Source of the DNA: Octopus sinensis
Taxonomy: Eukaryota
Length of the DNA stretch: 64,000 nt
Direction: 5' to 3'
NCBI RefSeq assembly: GCF_006345805.1
Contig: NC_043015.1
Span: 1,302,001-1,366,000, forward strand
Position numbers and translations under genes: made by a program. The number at the start of each line of letters is the position of its first letter. Within the stretch, counting starts at the first letter, position 1. Positions 40,465 through 53,325 of this stretch are shown here, piece after piece. Under the pieces are notes generated by a model, which saw only the letters and a program-made list of their open reading frames with translations, searched no databases and was not told the DNA's origin.

Positions 40465-40471
40465 CAGTGTG

Positions 40472-40524
<53 letters not shown>

Positions 40525-40545
40525 ATTATCTTATATCTATATACG

Positions 40546-40596
<51 letters not shown>

Positions 40597-40722
40597 GATA
40601 TATATATATATGTATATATACATACATATATATATATATATATGAATATATATATATATATACATACATATATATATATATGTATATATGTATATATGTA
40701 TATATACATATAGATATATGTA

Positions 40723-40819
<97 letters not shown>

Positions 40820-40830
40820 CACATATATGT
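40465..40830. repeat. (TA)n array
   Basis: Direct reading. Confidence 0.93.
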
Positions 40831-43800
40831 ATATATGTATCGTAGCACATGCATGTAGACATGCATGTTACAATGTGTCTGGTATATATATATGTATTAT
40901 TTTTATATCTATATACGTATATATATATCGTAGCACATGCATGTATACATACATGTCTATATGCTAGTGGCTGAATATACGATGTTGTAGAAAATTTTAC
41001 GAGAACGTAGAATTTTTAAATAATATACGTCTGTAAAATCCATCAAAGACAGTATTTATAATACTTCACACACGCTAAGACATACATACATATACACATA
41101 ACTACATATGTTTAATATATGTCCGTGTACATGTATAGGTATGTGTATACATTTACGTATAGGATATGTACGTCTGTGCACACACGCTTTCTCATATTTG
41201 TTAGAGTACAATGCTTGTCAATGTAGCTTCTAAGAAGTGCCGTTAGCTATCAGCTTAAAAATGAATAATATGAAAATACTAATAAAAAGAGGTTATTGAG
41301 TACAAAAGAACTCTCAATGAAATGATGTGTACCAGTTAAGAGGCAGGTAAACAATCCGTGACTTCTCTCCTTTATGTTTTATTTTTTTCTTTTGAGTGTG
41401 CATCATAAGGGAGAGAAAAACATGGAGATATCGAAGAATATGGAATAAAGGATGAATGAATGAATGTAAAAATGGTATCATTGAATGAAAGAAATAAAAT
41501 TTTCTAAAGATGCAACGTGCTGAAAAATTTTTGTATACATAGAATGGAATTCTCTATGAGCTTATATATATATGAGTATTTTCTCTGCGTTTATGTATTT
41601 ATGTAAACAGTGTTTATATGTCGGCCGAAGGACAATAGTATGATATGTAAATGGATGGATGGTTGGTTAAAGGATGTTGTACAAGGGAGACGGGGGGTTT
41701 TGGCGTTTGGATGAATATAAATCAAAACACGTCCTGAGACCGGTGTTTACTTCCGGTTTTGCTAGCATGAAGGAAGTATATCATGCATGCGTCGTTCCCG
41801 GACCTGGAGAGCTTGCTGATCTGCCATACTCAATAATACCTTTTTGTCTCCTGCTATCTGATTATTCACACACTATGAGCTGGTATTAAGTAGTAATTTT
41901 ATATATTTCTTCATTGATACATGGATACGTATACAAAAGAGGTTTAGTTTTTGACTCACCCAGTTCTAAATTTATATCCTGATGAGATATGTTTATCTTC
42001 CTATACTCCTATACTCCTGTTCCAACAAGCCTAGCATTGAAGGCTGAAAGACCGCTGTTTTATATCACCTACTTTTCTGCCCTTATATCTAAAATACATT
42101 TGTAAACAAAGTTTGTACTTGCTTTACATATTTCATTTATTGTTTCGCTCATTACGTTGGTTACATATATCAGACCAAGACACAAAGCACAACAATTGTT
42201 TCTATAAATTTTTAACACCTGATATTATAATATTTCATAAACGTTTTCTAAATAAATATGATCCAGCATCAGGTTAATACCCGCTCGTTATCAGGTGAGT
42301 GGCTTTTGGTGCACTGCTGGATCATACATAAAGACGCCCGCGCGCACATAAGCACGCACGGATGTTTGTAAGTGTGTATGTATATGCGTATAGAACGTTT
42401 GAAATGGTGTACAGATATAGTATATAGAGAAAAAGGAGGCAGTCAAAATTTTGGATGATTCTTTATTAGCGCTTTCGTTCTTTATGGAACTCGTCAAGAC
42501 AAATTCAATATGCTAAAAACAGAACGTTTCGTTTCTCATTGATATGAAACGGGTGGTTTTTGCTTTGTTTAGAGGAAGAGAAAAATACTTTTATTGTTTT
42601 TGGAAAGGGGGGAAAGAAAGAAAGAAAAGAAAAGAGAGGAGAAAGAAATAGAGAGAGAACGGTTTCAGGACAATCAAGAGAGATGAAAAAATAATAAAGG
42701 ATGAGGAGTGAATAGGAAGGGAGAGGGAAAGAGAGAAAAGTTTCTTTTCAATTTGATGCGGTCAGCCCATTGAAATTTCATTACAAAGCATTTTACTGTT
42801 TTTGATATATATATTATTGACGGGTAAGTGTGTGTGAAGGCGTCGTGGAGGTGGGGTTCCAGAGTGCCGTTGTGACACATGGCGTGATATTGATCATTTT
42901 AACCCCGGCGAAGTCAATCCTTCTGCGTTTCTGACGATAGCCGATTTCTTTCCAAAAGAGAGGGAGACAGAGAGCAGGAAAAGAGAGTAAGTATTTGTGC
43001 GGTGTAATAAGAGCAAGATTGGGCATGGCACACAGAATTATTCCGGTACAAGTTTTGCACTTAATCGGATCCGCAGACATAATCCATGTTTTCAATACAT
43101 AAATATGTTGTTGTTATATGAAAATCTATATTTCCGTAGTTGAAAAACAATCATGAATTATAATGGGATAAATTTTCGGTTACTTTTCTGGAAAATAGTT
43201 TTATATTTGTCAGAAGGAAAATCAAGTATATTTATACAGCATCTTTTACTTTTCAGATGTCAGAATATATACATGTAAATTATTTCATATTGGACTGAAA
43301 CTCGGAAGTTTGTCGACAAGATATTCTAAAGTCTTTTGATTCTAAATACGTTTTATTGTAGGGAGATTTGTTCATATGACCGACGAAGCCCTGACTGAAC
43401 AAATATTGGAGGATTTCCGTCGTTCGACAACGAGTATTCAGTCGTTCGATCAACTGGTTAAATTGTTTCTGAATTAAGATATAAATGGCCGGCAAATCTA
43501 TTGATCCGAATATGATTAACGTAATTCTTTGGCAGACATAGCGTGACGTATCATTTGAGAAGATTGTGCCTCTTAGATTACATATACAACATACGAGATG
43601 GGCTTCTGTGCGGTTTCCATCTGCCATAATTTTATTCATAGTATGTAAGTGTACTCGAGGCTATAAACAATGAAATTCCGCAGAGATGACATCTTGTGTG
43701 GTCTATTTTGATCCACCGAGACTGCGAAGCGGACCTCTTACCCTGTAGACCAGACAATACCTATAAGACTAAAATAACAGAAATAATAAAGAATAATAAC

Positions 43801-44640
43801 AACAGCTATAACAATAATAAAGATTAACTCAACCAAATCTCGCCATCTTGCATCATCCATGATGCGTGATCATTATCAATAATTACTTCATTAAGCAAGA
43901 ATCCAAATCCCCTTTATTTCTTCTTTATCTGAACGGTAGCCAGCTGGGATTCTCTCACTCTCTCTCTCTCTCTCTCACTCACTCTCTTTTACTCTGTCTC
44001 TCTCACCATATGTATTTGCAGTCTTCCTCATATTGCAGCACTTTCAGGGAAGCGTCATCTCCTTTTGCGAAATAACTGCGTAAGATATGGACATGTCCTA
44101 AAAATACAATAGAATCACACAAATAAAATTGACATTAAAAATATATTAACAACAACCCATAATCAAATGCTAGGATTAAGCACAGAATAAGCGTATATAG
44201 AAACTTCGCTAACAAAGATGGCTGACTCGTAGACTCATTACAGCGATGGATATAATGCCATGCGATATTTTGTCTAAATTTTTGCAGTGAACGATCGAAT
44301 CACGTTAACAACTTTGAATCTCGTAATAACTAGTTTGATAAAGAAGCACCACTTCAAGACTGCGGGTTGACGAAACTCAAAACTTGTCAGTCCGGCCGTC
44401 TTACAGCATTTGTTTGGGCTTCTGTGTTCTGGGATCAAATCCCACAATGACCAGTTTGATTTTAATCATTATCTAGTCTTACTCCATCATCTGGAATCTC
44501 GAGTGATTTTTGCAGAGTCCATATTATTGTTGGTATTCAGATCAGGTCAGCAGTTTTTAAAACTTCTTCTCTTCCACCAATCTTGGAACCACTGTAAAAC
44601 TGCCAAGGTGCATTGCATTATAACTTTTATCTTTAACATG

Positions 44641-45086
44641 GTTCAGTCATTTGACTGCGCCAATGCTGGAGGACTGCCTTGAAAAATTTTAGTCGAACCA
44701 ATCGTTCTCACCACATTTTTTAAAGCGTAGTGCGTACTCTATCGGAGGTATGTTGCTGAACCTCTAAGCAATGAAGATCTAAATAGACGAACACCAGTTG
44801 TCAAGCTATGAAGGGGGAACAAACAACACGGGCATATTGATACGATTATCATTTACGTAATTCGTAGGCAGAAGTAGCGTGACGTATTATCACACACACA
44901 CACATATATATATATATATGTATGTATATATACAATTGGCTTATTTCAGTTTCCGTCTACAAAATGGACTCACAAGGCTTTGGTCAGTACCAGACTATAA
45001 CAGAATACAAATGCCCAAGATGCCACGCAGATGAATTGAACTGGGAACGATGTAGTTGAGAGGCAAGTTGCTTACCACACAGCTAC
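44641..45086 (-). mobile_element. SINE family B, old full-length copy
   Basis: Tail GTTCAGTCATTTGACTGCGCCAATGCTGGAG..., a spacer, and head TTCAGTTTCCGTCTACAAAATGGACTCACAAGGCTTTGGTC...TGCCCAAGATGCCACGCAG...GCTTACCACACAGC. Confidence 0.82.
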
Positions 45087-45379
45087 AGTGTATGAAGGAT
45101 TAGAGAATAACTATAAGAAGAGAGGAATGTTGTCAATGCAGTTTCTTAAAAGATCAACAACTGGTTCGACGTGAACAGCAACATTACTGAAAACAATAAA
45201 AATGAACAGTATTAATCACAGCATTACTAGAAGCAACAGAACAAGGCAGATCTGAAAGGAAGATGAACAACAAAATAGATGTAGCGACAATAGCATAATG
45301 AAATACGAAAACGCAGACAATACCAGCAACTTAACGAAACTGCTACAGCATTAAATTATAGGAGAAATAAAGCAAAATG

Positions 45380-45612
45380 TAAACGCAATAAGAAATCTCA
45401 GTGTCAGAAGTTAACTAAACGAATTCCGTATAAGGTGTCCAGTTTGACTCTTTGACTCTTTGGCACGGCGAGAATCATGCGGAAAGTATTAGACAGTTGA
45501 ACAGAACAGATAGCATGGTACCGTAGGTTGCAGGTAGCAAGCACACTATGCAGGCAAGACTCCAGGGGTTCCAACAAAGCGGAGATAAAATAGAAATAAC
45601 GATAATAATAAT
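45380..45612 (+). mobile_element. R4/Dong-type LINE 3' end, copy 1
   Basis: ..RIRCPV../LFGTARIMRKVLDS* (stop at 45498-45500), then a short 3' UTR ending in an (AAT)n-like tail. Confidence 0.68.
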
Positions 45613-45614
45613 AC

Positions 45615-45809
45615 TTTCTAGCAGGGTCACAGGAGGGGACAAGCCGATTGCATCGATCTCAGTGCTTGACTGGTATATATCTAATCGATCCCAAATGGAT
45701 GAAAGGCAAAATCGACCACGGTAGAATTTGAACTGAGAACGTACAGATGGACGAAATGTCACTATGCATCTCGCCCGGCGTTCTAATGGTTCTGGAAGCT
45801 CACCGCTTT
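45615..45809 (-). mobile_element. SINE family A
   Basis: ATCGATCCCAAATGGATGAAAGGCAAAATCGACCACGGTAGAATTTGAACTGAGAACG...GCCCGGCGTTCTAATGGTTCTGGAAGCTCACCGCTTT. Confidence 0.85.
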
Positions 45810-45843
45810 CAGAATAAACTATATTAATTAATAACTAACATTG

Positions 45844-46056
45844 ATTTCAAATTTTGGCACGAGGCCAGTAAGTTCAGGGAAAGGGTTAAGTCAATCATAA
45901 GGACCCTAGTATTCAACTGGTACTTATTTCATCGACATCGAAAGGATAAAAGGCGAAGTGGATCTCGGCAGAATTTGAACTCAGAAAATAAGAACGGATG
46001 AAATGTCGCAAAGCAGTTTGTCCATCGAACAAACGATTCTCCCAAGTCACCGCTTT
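45844..46056 (-). mobile_element. SINE family A (TTTCAAATTTTGGCAC tail type)
   Basis: TTTCAAATTTTGGCACGAGGCC...CTGGTACTTATTTCATCGAC..GAAAGGATAAAAGGC...AATTTGAACTCAGA...CACCGCTTT. Confidence 0.82.
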
Positions 46057-46091
46057 AATTAAAATAATATTAATATTTTTTTAACGCATAA

Positions 46092-46453
46092 ATGACAAAA
46101 AATCTAAATGGAAAATTCAAGACTACTAGAAGAGGAAATTGCAAGTATGTGGATATGAGGAGAATATCTGTCATCCCAGTAGTTGTAGGGGCACAAGGAT
46201 CACTAACAACCAAGTTTGAGAAATATGTCAGAGAAATCAGAACTGATAAGAGAGCAGAGCTTGCCCCAAATCCTTCTCTGCTGGGGACAGCTAGAATTTT
46301 CAAAGTAGCACTTGACTGTTGAATGTCTTCCATGGTAATTAACAACCAATTATCAAAGCTTATAATGTGCGAAAAGAGAATCTGTGAGACCAGTGACAAC
46401 AGGCTGCTGTCTGTTCTCACACAATCAACCAGAACAAAAAAAAAAAAAAAAAA
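46092..46453 (+). mobile_element. R4/Dong-type LINE 3' end, copy 2, with poly(A)
   Basis: MRRISVIPVVVGAQGSLTTKFEKYVREIRTDKRAELAPNPSLLGTARIFKVALDC* fits V.VIP.VVGALG...LLGTARI; a 3' UTR and an A-run at about 46435-46453 follow. Confidence 0.85.
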
Positions 46454-46562
46454 GAACGAGTGCCCTGTGAAGTAAATCACTAAAAATATCTAACAGTCAA
46501 GTAGTTAGAAAATAATAGGGCAGACATAGAGTATAGATAAGAAAAAGGGAAATCACTTCCAT

Positions 46563-46930
46563 ATCGACCCATCATGCACGTTTCATTCCAGGGTCGTTAA
46601 GAAAGAGGAAGAATAAAAAAAGTAATACCTTAAAATTTGAAATAGAAATAAATTGGAGCATGTGAACAGTAAAGTTTATGCCTGCAATAATAGGTGTATT
46701 GTAAGCACTAAGCAAAAATATAGACAAATGGTTGAAGGTGATTGAAATAGAATGCCCGGTGGAGCTCCTACAGAAAGTTTGTCTCTTATGGACAGCAAGT
46801 ATTATCAGGAAGACTCTAAGCAGTTGAAAGACTGTTAAAAACTAGGTTAAATGTAGTAACATGCTACCCACATAAATCCTACTAAGAATAAAACTGTAAC
46901 TGAGCCAAACCAAAATAATACTAAGAAGAA
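46563..46930 (+). mobile_element. R4/Dong-type LINE 3' end, copy 3
   Basis: IDPSCTFHSRVVKKEEE*K../TLKFEIEINWSM*TVKFMPAIIGVL*ALSKNIDKWLKVIEIECPVELLQKVCLLWTASIIRKTLSS* (stop at 46825-46827). Confidence 0.8.
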
Positions 46931-46945
46931 GAACCTAAAACCACT

Positions 46946-47350
46946 CTCACCGGTTAAGCATGTCCCTCGGTAGTTGTGCATTTCCTATCAGAAGTAGAAT
47001 CAGTGGAGGGGTATCTTGGCTATCGTGTTCAGAGGAAATTCTTGGTGGTTTGAAAAATTAATCTCTGGAAACATGAGTAGTTCATTCATCATTCTTAAAC
47101 AAACTATTTCCAAGGACTTTTTGTGCAGGATGGTCTTTTCGACCTGAAGTAAGTTCTAACTGGACCCACCTGCAATGTAACGCGCTGTTTATCTTGATAT
47201 GTGATTCTCATATCACGCACATATACTTGTGATTCATGTGCTTGCTGAACCTTTATCAGACGGGTAGACATAATGAAAAGAGTGGGCTTTGTATATTAGT
47301 ACCTCATTGTCACTTTAATAGCAGACACTGCTCGTTCAATCAATAATAAT
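46946..47350 (+). mobile_element. Non-autonomous retroposon family D, old 5'-truncated copy
   Basis: Diverged homolog of 48045-48450 (GCATGTCCC...CTCTGGAAACATG...GCTGTTTATCTTGATATG...TATCAGACGGGTAG...CAATAATAAT). Confidence 0.82.
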
Positions 47351-47352
47351 TA

Positions 47353-47632
47353 TATTATTATTATTGAGTGAGAGAGCAGTGCATGACATCAAAGTGACAC
47401 TGGGGTAAAATACACGAAGCACAGTATACCCATCATGACTACCCGTCTGATAATGGTACACCAGGCACATGCATCACAGCCATATATGCGCAACATGGTG
47501 ATCTCATATCAAGATAAACAGCGCAAGGTGGGGGCCTAGTTAGAATTTTCCTCTGGGCGAGTAGCCCATCCCGCTCAAAAGGTCCCTGAATAAGGATGAT
47601 TTAAGGATGTTGAACGAAACACCCATGTTTCC
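47353..47632 (-). mobile_element. Family D, 3' part, tail-to-tail with the preceding copy
   Basis: ATTGAGTGAGAGAGCAGTGCATGACATCAAAGTGACACTGGGGTAAAAT...GAACGAAACACCCATGTTTCC is the reverse complement of about 48170-48450. Confidence 0.9.
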
Positions 47633-47644
47633 CCCGCCAAAAAA

Positions 47645-47740
47645 AAAATAATAGTAATAATGATAATAATGATAATAATAATAATGATAATAATAATGAT
47701 AATAATGATAATAATAATGATGATAATAATAATAATAATA

Positions 47741-47799
<59 letters not shown>

Positions 47800-47871
47800 G
47801 TAATAATAATAATAATATAATAATAATAATGATAATAATAAAAATAATAATAAAATAATAATAATAATAAT
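47645..47871. repeat. (AAT)n/(GAT)n array
   Basis: Direct reading. Confidence 0.93.
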
Positions 47872-48444
47872 AAAATGCCCTGATGCAGTAAAATGCCCTG
47901 ATGCAGTACCAGGCAGTGGCTCTCATGGTTTCTGATCTTAACTGATTGGAAGTGTTATCACGTACATTGTTTTGTCTTGGTATAAAAGATGGGCTACAGC
48001 AAATATTCTGCTCAATACCACAGATTTGCTTGTCAGTTGTTTGACCTTAACCAGTTGAGCATGTTCCTTAGTGGCTGACGATATGTGCATCTCTGATCAC
48101 GAGCAGAAGTAGTGGGGAGCATCATAGCTATGTGTTGAGAGGGATTCTTTGGGGTTGAATAATTCACCTCTGGAAACATGGTGGTTCTTTCAACATCCTT
48201 AAACAATCCTTATTCAGGGACCTTTGAGCGGGATGGGCTACTCAACCTGAAGAAAATTCTAACTGGGCCCCACCTGCAAGGTCATGTGCTGTTTATCTTG
48301 ATATGAGATCACCATGTCGCGCACGTATGGTTGTGATGCATGTGCCTGGTGTACCCTTATCAGACGGGTAGTCATGATGGGTGTATTGGGCTTCGTATAT
48401 TTTACCCCAGTGTCACTTTCATGGCATGCACTGCTCTCTCATTC

Positions 48445-48495
<51 letters not shown>

Positions 48496-48513
48496 TAATA
48501 ATAATAATAATAA
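47872..48513 (+). mobile_element. Family D, longest copy (about 560 bp) with (AAT)n tail and duplicated 5' 18-mer
   Basis: Starts with AAAATGCCCTGATGCAGT twice, then ACCAGGCAGTGGCTCTCATGG..., and ends CACTGCTCTCTCATTC(AAT)n. No ORF. Confidence 0.85.
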
Positions 48514-48761
48514 TCATATTTGTTACAAATTTTGGCACGTCCGGGTATGTTTGACAATTACATGGAACCTTGTCCTTTACTGGCACTTTATTTCATCCAA
48601 CATGAAAGGAGACATGTTAAGGTGACCACAGGGAAATCTGAACACACCACGTAAAAATGCGGAAGAATTGACGCTTAACCTCATTCTGCGACAATTACCG
48701 TCATCATCAAATACACCATCAGAAATGTTACCAATATTCGTTACAAATTTTCGCAAAAAAC

Positions 48762-48873
48762 TTAGGTCGACATTGCCTCTCATCAGTTTAAATGCCAATA
48801 AAAAAACCTGGGTCAATGTAATCGGCTTACTCTGATCTCAAATATTCCTAGGCTTCTGCCGAAGTTTGAAACC
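48762..48873 (+). mobile_element. SINE family A, highly decayed 3' part
   Basis: AGGTCGACATTGCCTCTCATC...CTGGGTCAATGTAATCGGCTTA...GGCTTCTGCCGAAGTTTGAAACC. Confidence 0.65.
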
Positions 48874-50748
48874 AGTATTAAAAAATTGCTTTTAAAACAT
48901 TGTTGCCAGTAACTGCATAGACACGCATTTTGTTAATAGAAACAAGATTATCTATCGTGACCATAGTCAGTCGCTGAACTTGGAAGAAATAGTAACCTCA
49001 TTTTCCTCAGATTCCATACCTCAGTCCTAAATAAAGAAAGAATACAATGGATAAGTTAAATATATATATCAATAAATAGATTTTATGGATTTAGTGGGAT
49101 GCTTCAAATCTTATGACTATCCCGCTACAGAATCACACACAGTTTCACACACAGATAGAAAGATAGATAAATTGATAGACAGATAGACTGATAGATAGAT
49201 TGATAGGTATACATTTAAAGAGAGTGATATATACAAAGAGTTGAGATATATATTGAATGCTCGACATATATTCATATATATGCGTGTATGATCTTTGTAT
49301 CTTTGTCTCTGTCTTTGTCAGTTTCTCTATTATCAGGTGTTTAATCATTCTGTATTGTTTATTGTTGAGAGTATATGCACAGACACACTCACACATTCAC
49401 CACACAAACAAAAACACACACATCTACTATTTGCACACATACAATCTTGTGTATAGGCACAAACAAAATGGATATTTTTTCCCCTCTTTTCACGTCTTTC
49501 TAAGAAAATTCTCGTCCAATCAAGTCCTTCCGCGACCACAATGGACCACAATACTGCACAATAGAACAGCCAGCAGATTTACCAATCTTTACCATTTGCT
49601 TAACAAATACAAAATAAAGGCATTTGCCTTCAGATAGTCGACAAGGACAGAAGACATATTCTCCTCACTTCAGTATATTTCATTTATGTCTGTTTTGAAG
49701 CAAGCTATGAGTAGCTCTATACAGAGGGATGTACAATATGCTAGACATAGCAACCATTTTTTCCGAAATACGAAGGACATAATGGATAATGGCGTCTTAG
49801 ATTGCAACATGACTAACATATAAATAAAAAAAAACAATAACGAAAAAATCAGGAATTTCACAGATGGAGTACGTTTCAACTTCTATATACAGGTTCAGGG
49901 CTGGCCTTGGGCTCCAAAAAAAAAAGAACAAAAAAAATGAAAAAAGAAAAGGTTGATCATCATCCACGACAACATCGTTCTTATATCTGTCACGAAACGC
50001 GGATAACTATAATACGAGTATACAAGTTTTGACAAGTCACCGGTTTAAAACGGATACGCGACCGGTGTAAGATGTTAAGAAGACACCGTCTGATATACAT
50101 GCTGCAGAGTTGAACTACATGTTGCTCATACACTTATTCCTAGCCACTTTATCTTGCCCCTAACATCCCCCCATTCTCTCCTTCACAATCTGTTTCTTTT
50201 TTTTTTTCATTCATTGACACACATATTCTCTTTTTCTTACCCCCTCCCCGCTCTCACTCGTTCTCTCTGTCTTTCACTGACGTCACTATTTTCTCATTTC
50301 TTACATGGCCATCGTCCCGTTCTCTCTCTCTCGCTTTCTACATTCACTCTGCTACAACTGGTTTGTTCGATCTCGTAAACAACATTTCCATGCTGTTTGA
50401 GAAGAATGACGTGTGCTCTGTGTCATCCTGGGGCTTCGATTGTTTCATCAGAATTTCGTTCCTACAAAAAAAAAAAAAAAATGAAATTGAGAAAACAAAC
50501 ATACCTACTCATGAAATGTGTATAGAAATCTCATGGGATATGAACGATACTGCTACATATACGCATGAATAGAGTCGCACTCCCAAACACAGACATACAC
50601 ATACATACACATACACACACGTAGAGTTGGTATATACACACACACACATATATATATATATGTATGTATATTTATATATGTATATATATATGTGTGTATA
50701 TATATATATTATATATAATATATATAAGTATATGTATTTATATAGTAT

Positions 50749-50779
<31 letters not shown>

Positions 50780-50894
50780 TATATATAGTTTTATATATGT
50801 ATATATATATATATACACACATACAGAAAAAGAGAGAGCATGTGTATGTGTCAATACGTGTGTCTCAATATATATAGATAAATAGATTGCTAGA

Positions 50895-50921
50895 TAGGTA
50901 GGTAGGTAGATAGATAGATAT

Positions 50922-51010
<89 letters not shown>
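50895..51010. repeat. (TAGA)n microsatellite
   Basis: Direct reading. Confidence 0.95.
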
Positions 51011-51011
<1 letters not shown>

Positions 51012-51839
51012 GCAGCCGTACGCCTACAGAGAGTAAAGAACATCGACACATAATTATACTCGTAGAAGAGAATCGCACCAACAGGCACACAGACACAAAC
51101 GTACACAGCAGACGCTGAAAGTAGCAAGCATCTTTTAGTGATTGTAAACTTACGTGTAGGTCTGTGCGTAAGAGAGTATACTCATATATACGAGTGCGTG
51201 TGTCTGGGTCAGAGAGAATGAGTGCGTGTGTGTACATATATAGACAGAGAGAGAGAGGGAGAGGGAGAGAGAAAGTGAGAGAGAGAGAGAGAAAGTGAGA
51301 GAGAGTGGGTGAAGGACAGATAGATATATAGGTAGAGAGATAAATAGATAGGTAGATAAATATACGTGTATGTGTGTGTGTGCGTGTGTATGTAAGAGAA
51401 AGAGAGAGAGAGAGTGTGTATATGTATGTGCGTGCACATTGCACCTTTGAGTGTGTATATGCATATGCATGTACGTATTTTACATATATGTATATATATA
51501 TATATATATATATACATATATATATAATACACACACAAACATATATATATATATTATATATATATATATATATATATTATCTATATATATATATATATAC
51601 ATAAACACATAGGTAATCTGATATATGTATATGCATATATGTGTATGCATTTACAAATATATATATTTATGAACATATGTGTTGGTCTATATATATATAT
51701 ACATATATTATATATGGATATATCATATATATCACACATTATATATACCACACACACACACATACGCACACACACATATATATGCATGTATAAGATGTCT
51801 TACCAAATCAGAAGCGCAAGCACAGGCACAAACATAAAC

Positions 51840-51975
51840 ATATATATATATAGCATATATATATATATATATAGAATAGAGAGAGAGATGAGAGATATAT
51901 ACACATATATATATACATATATATATATGTATATATATATATACATATATGTTATATATATATATGATATCTATA

Positions 51976-52006
<31 letters not shown>

Positions 52007-52065
52007 TTGTATATATATATATGTATTATTATATATATATATATATTATATATATATATATATAT

Positions 52066-52119
<54 letters not shown>

Positions 52120-52120
52120 G
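51840..52120. repeat. (TA)n array
   Basis: Direct reading. Confidence 0.92.
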
Positions 52121-52780
52121 TGTCTATTTTGGAGCTTTAAGGAGTTAGTTTTTTATTAAAGTGTTCTTCTGTCTGTCTGCTGATATCTAAAAACGCGCAT
52201 GCAGAAATATAATCGAAGCACCTATCAATATTGTGCTAGATTCATTAGAAGATGTTCTACCAACAGAGATGCTAAATTAGAATAAGTATGAGTAGCAGAA
52301 TCAACTGTATTATATTTGCTGTAATACATAAAGAGGCCTTAACGCATTTAAACAAATTTATGTCGTAAATTCGTTCAAAATACACTAATATAAAATTACA
52401 TAAAAAATTTTTTTCGCGAGAAATATGTAAAAGTATATGAATATAAATTGACACACAAACAGAGAAAGAGACGCACTCACAGAAGCACAAGTACAGACAC
52501 ACACACACACACACAGACACAGCAGGTACACACACGCAGGTACACACACGTCTACATGTATATATGTCTTTATCGATGTATTCTATGTATGTATTAAAAA
52601 CTGTTAAGAGTGCAGGCATAGAGAAACGTATAAATTTGAACGTGCATTAATATATGTACTTGTATGCATATATGTATGTATACATGTATGTATGTCTCTA
52701 TGTATGCATGTATATGTGTGTGTATATATACTTATATCTGTTAGTGGTGTACGTGTTAGTGTATATGCATATATATACAT

Positions 52781-52827
<47 letters not shown>

Positions 52828-52881
52828 CATATATAATATATATATTGTTCCATTCATCTATTTTCTATCTATTGTTCTTTA

Positions 52882-52955
<74 letters not shown>

Positions 52956-53147
52956 TATATATATATATGCAAATGTATCACAGTATATACTGAGTGTAGA
53001 GAAAATTTTCTTTAAGCCACCTTATTTACAATTATAATATAATTATCATCTTTCTTAAGTTATTTTCCTTTCAAATGTATGCATAGATATGTAAACACTG
53101 ACCCCTCCACACCCGCACGTAAACATCTACATGCCACTCTGCTGAGT

Positions 53148-53292
53148 TCTAAAGGCCTCAAATTTGGGGAAGTGACTAAGTCGATTACATTGATCCCAGT
53201 GGGTAAGTGGTACTAAATTTATCGACCCCGAAAGGATGAAAGGCACAGTGAATCTCGACGGAATTTGAACTCAGAACGTAACGGCAGACGAA
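53148..53292 (-). mobile_element. SINE family A, 5'-truncated
   Basis: AATTTATCGACCCCGAAAGGATGAAAGGCACAGTGAATCTCGACGGAATTTGAACTCAGAACGTAACGGCAGACGAAA. Confidence 0.88.
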
Positions 53293-53325
53293 AATCATAA
53301 TAAAAATAATAGTATTTTTACTATA

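Noticed and set aside
41749-41756. ETS-like ACTTCCGG, and a GC box near 40404, as promoter evidence
   Set aside because: Single short motifs are expected by chance in 64 kb, and there is no CpG island or linked first exon.
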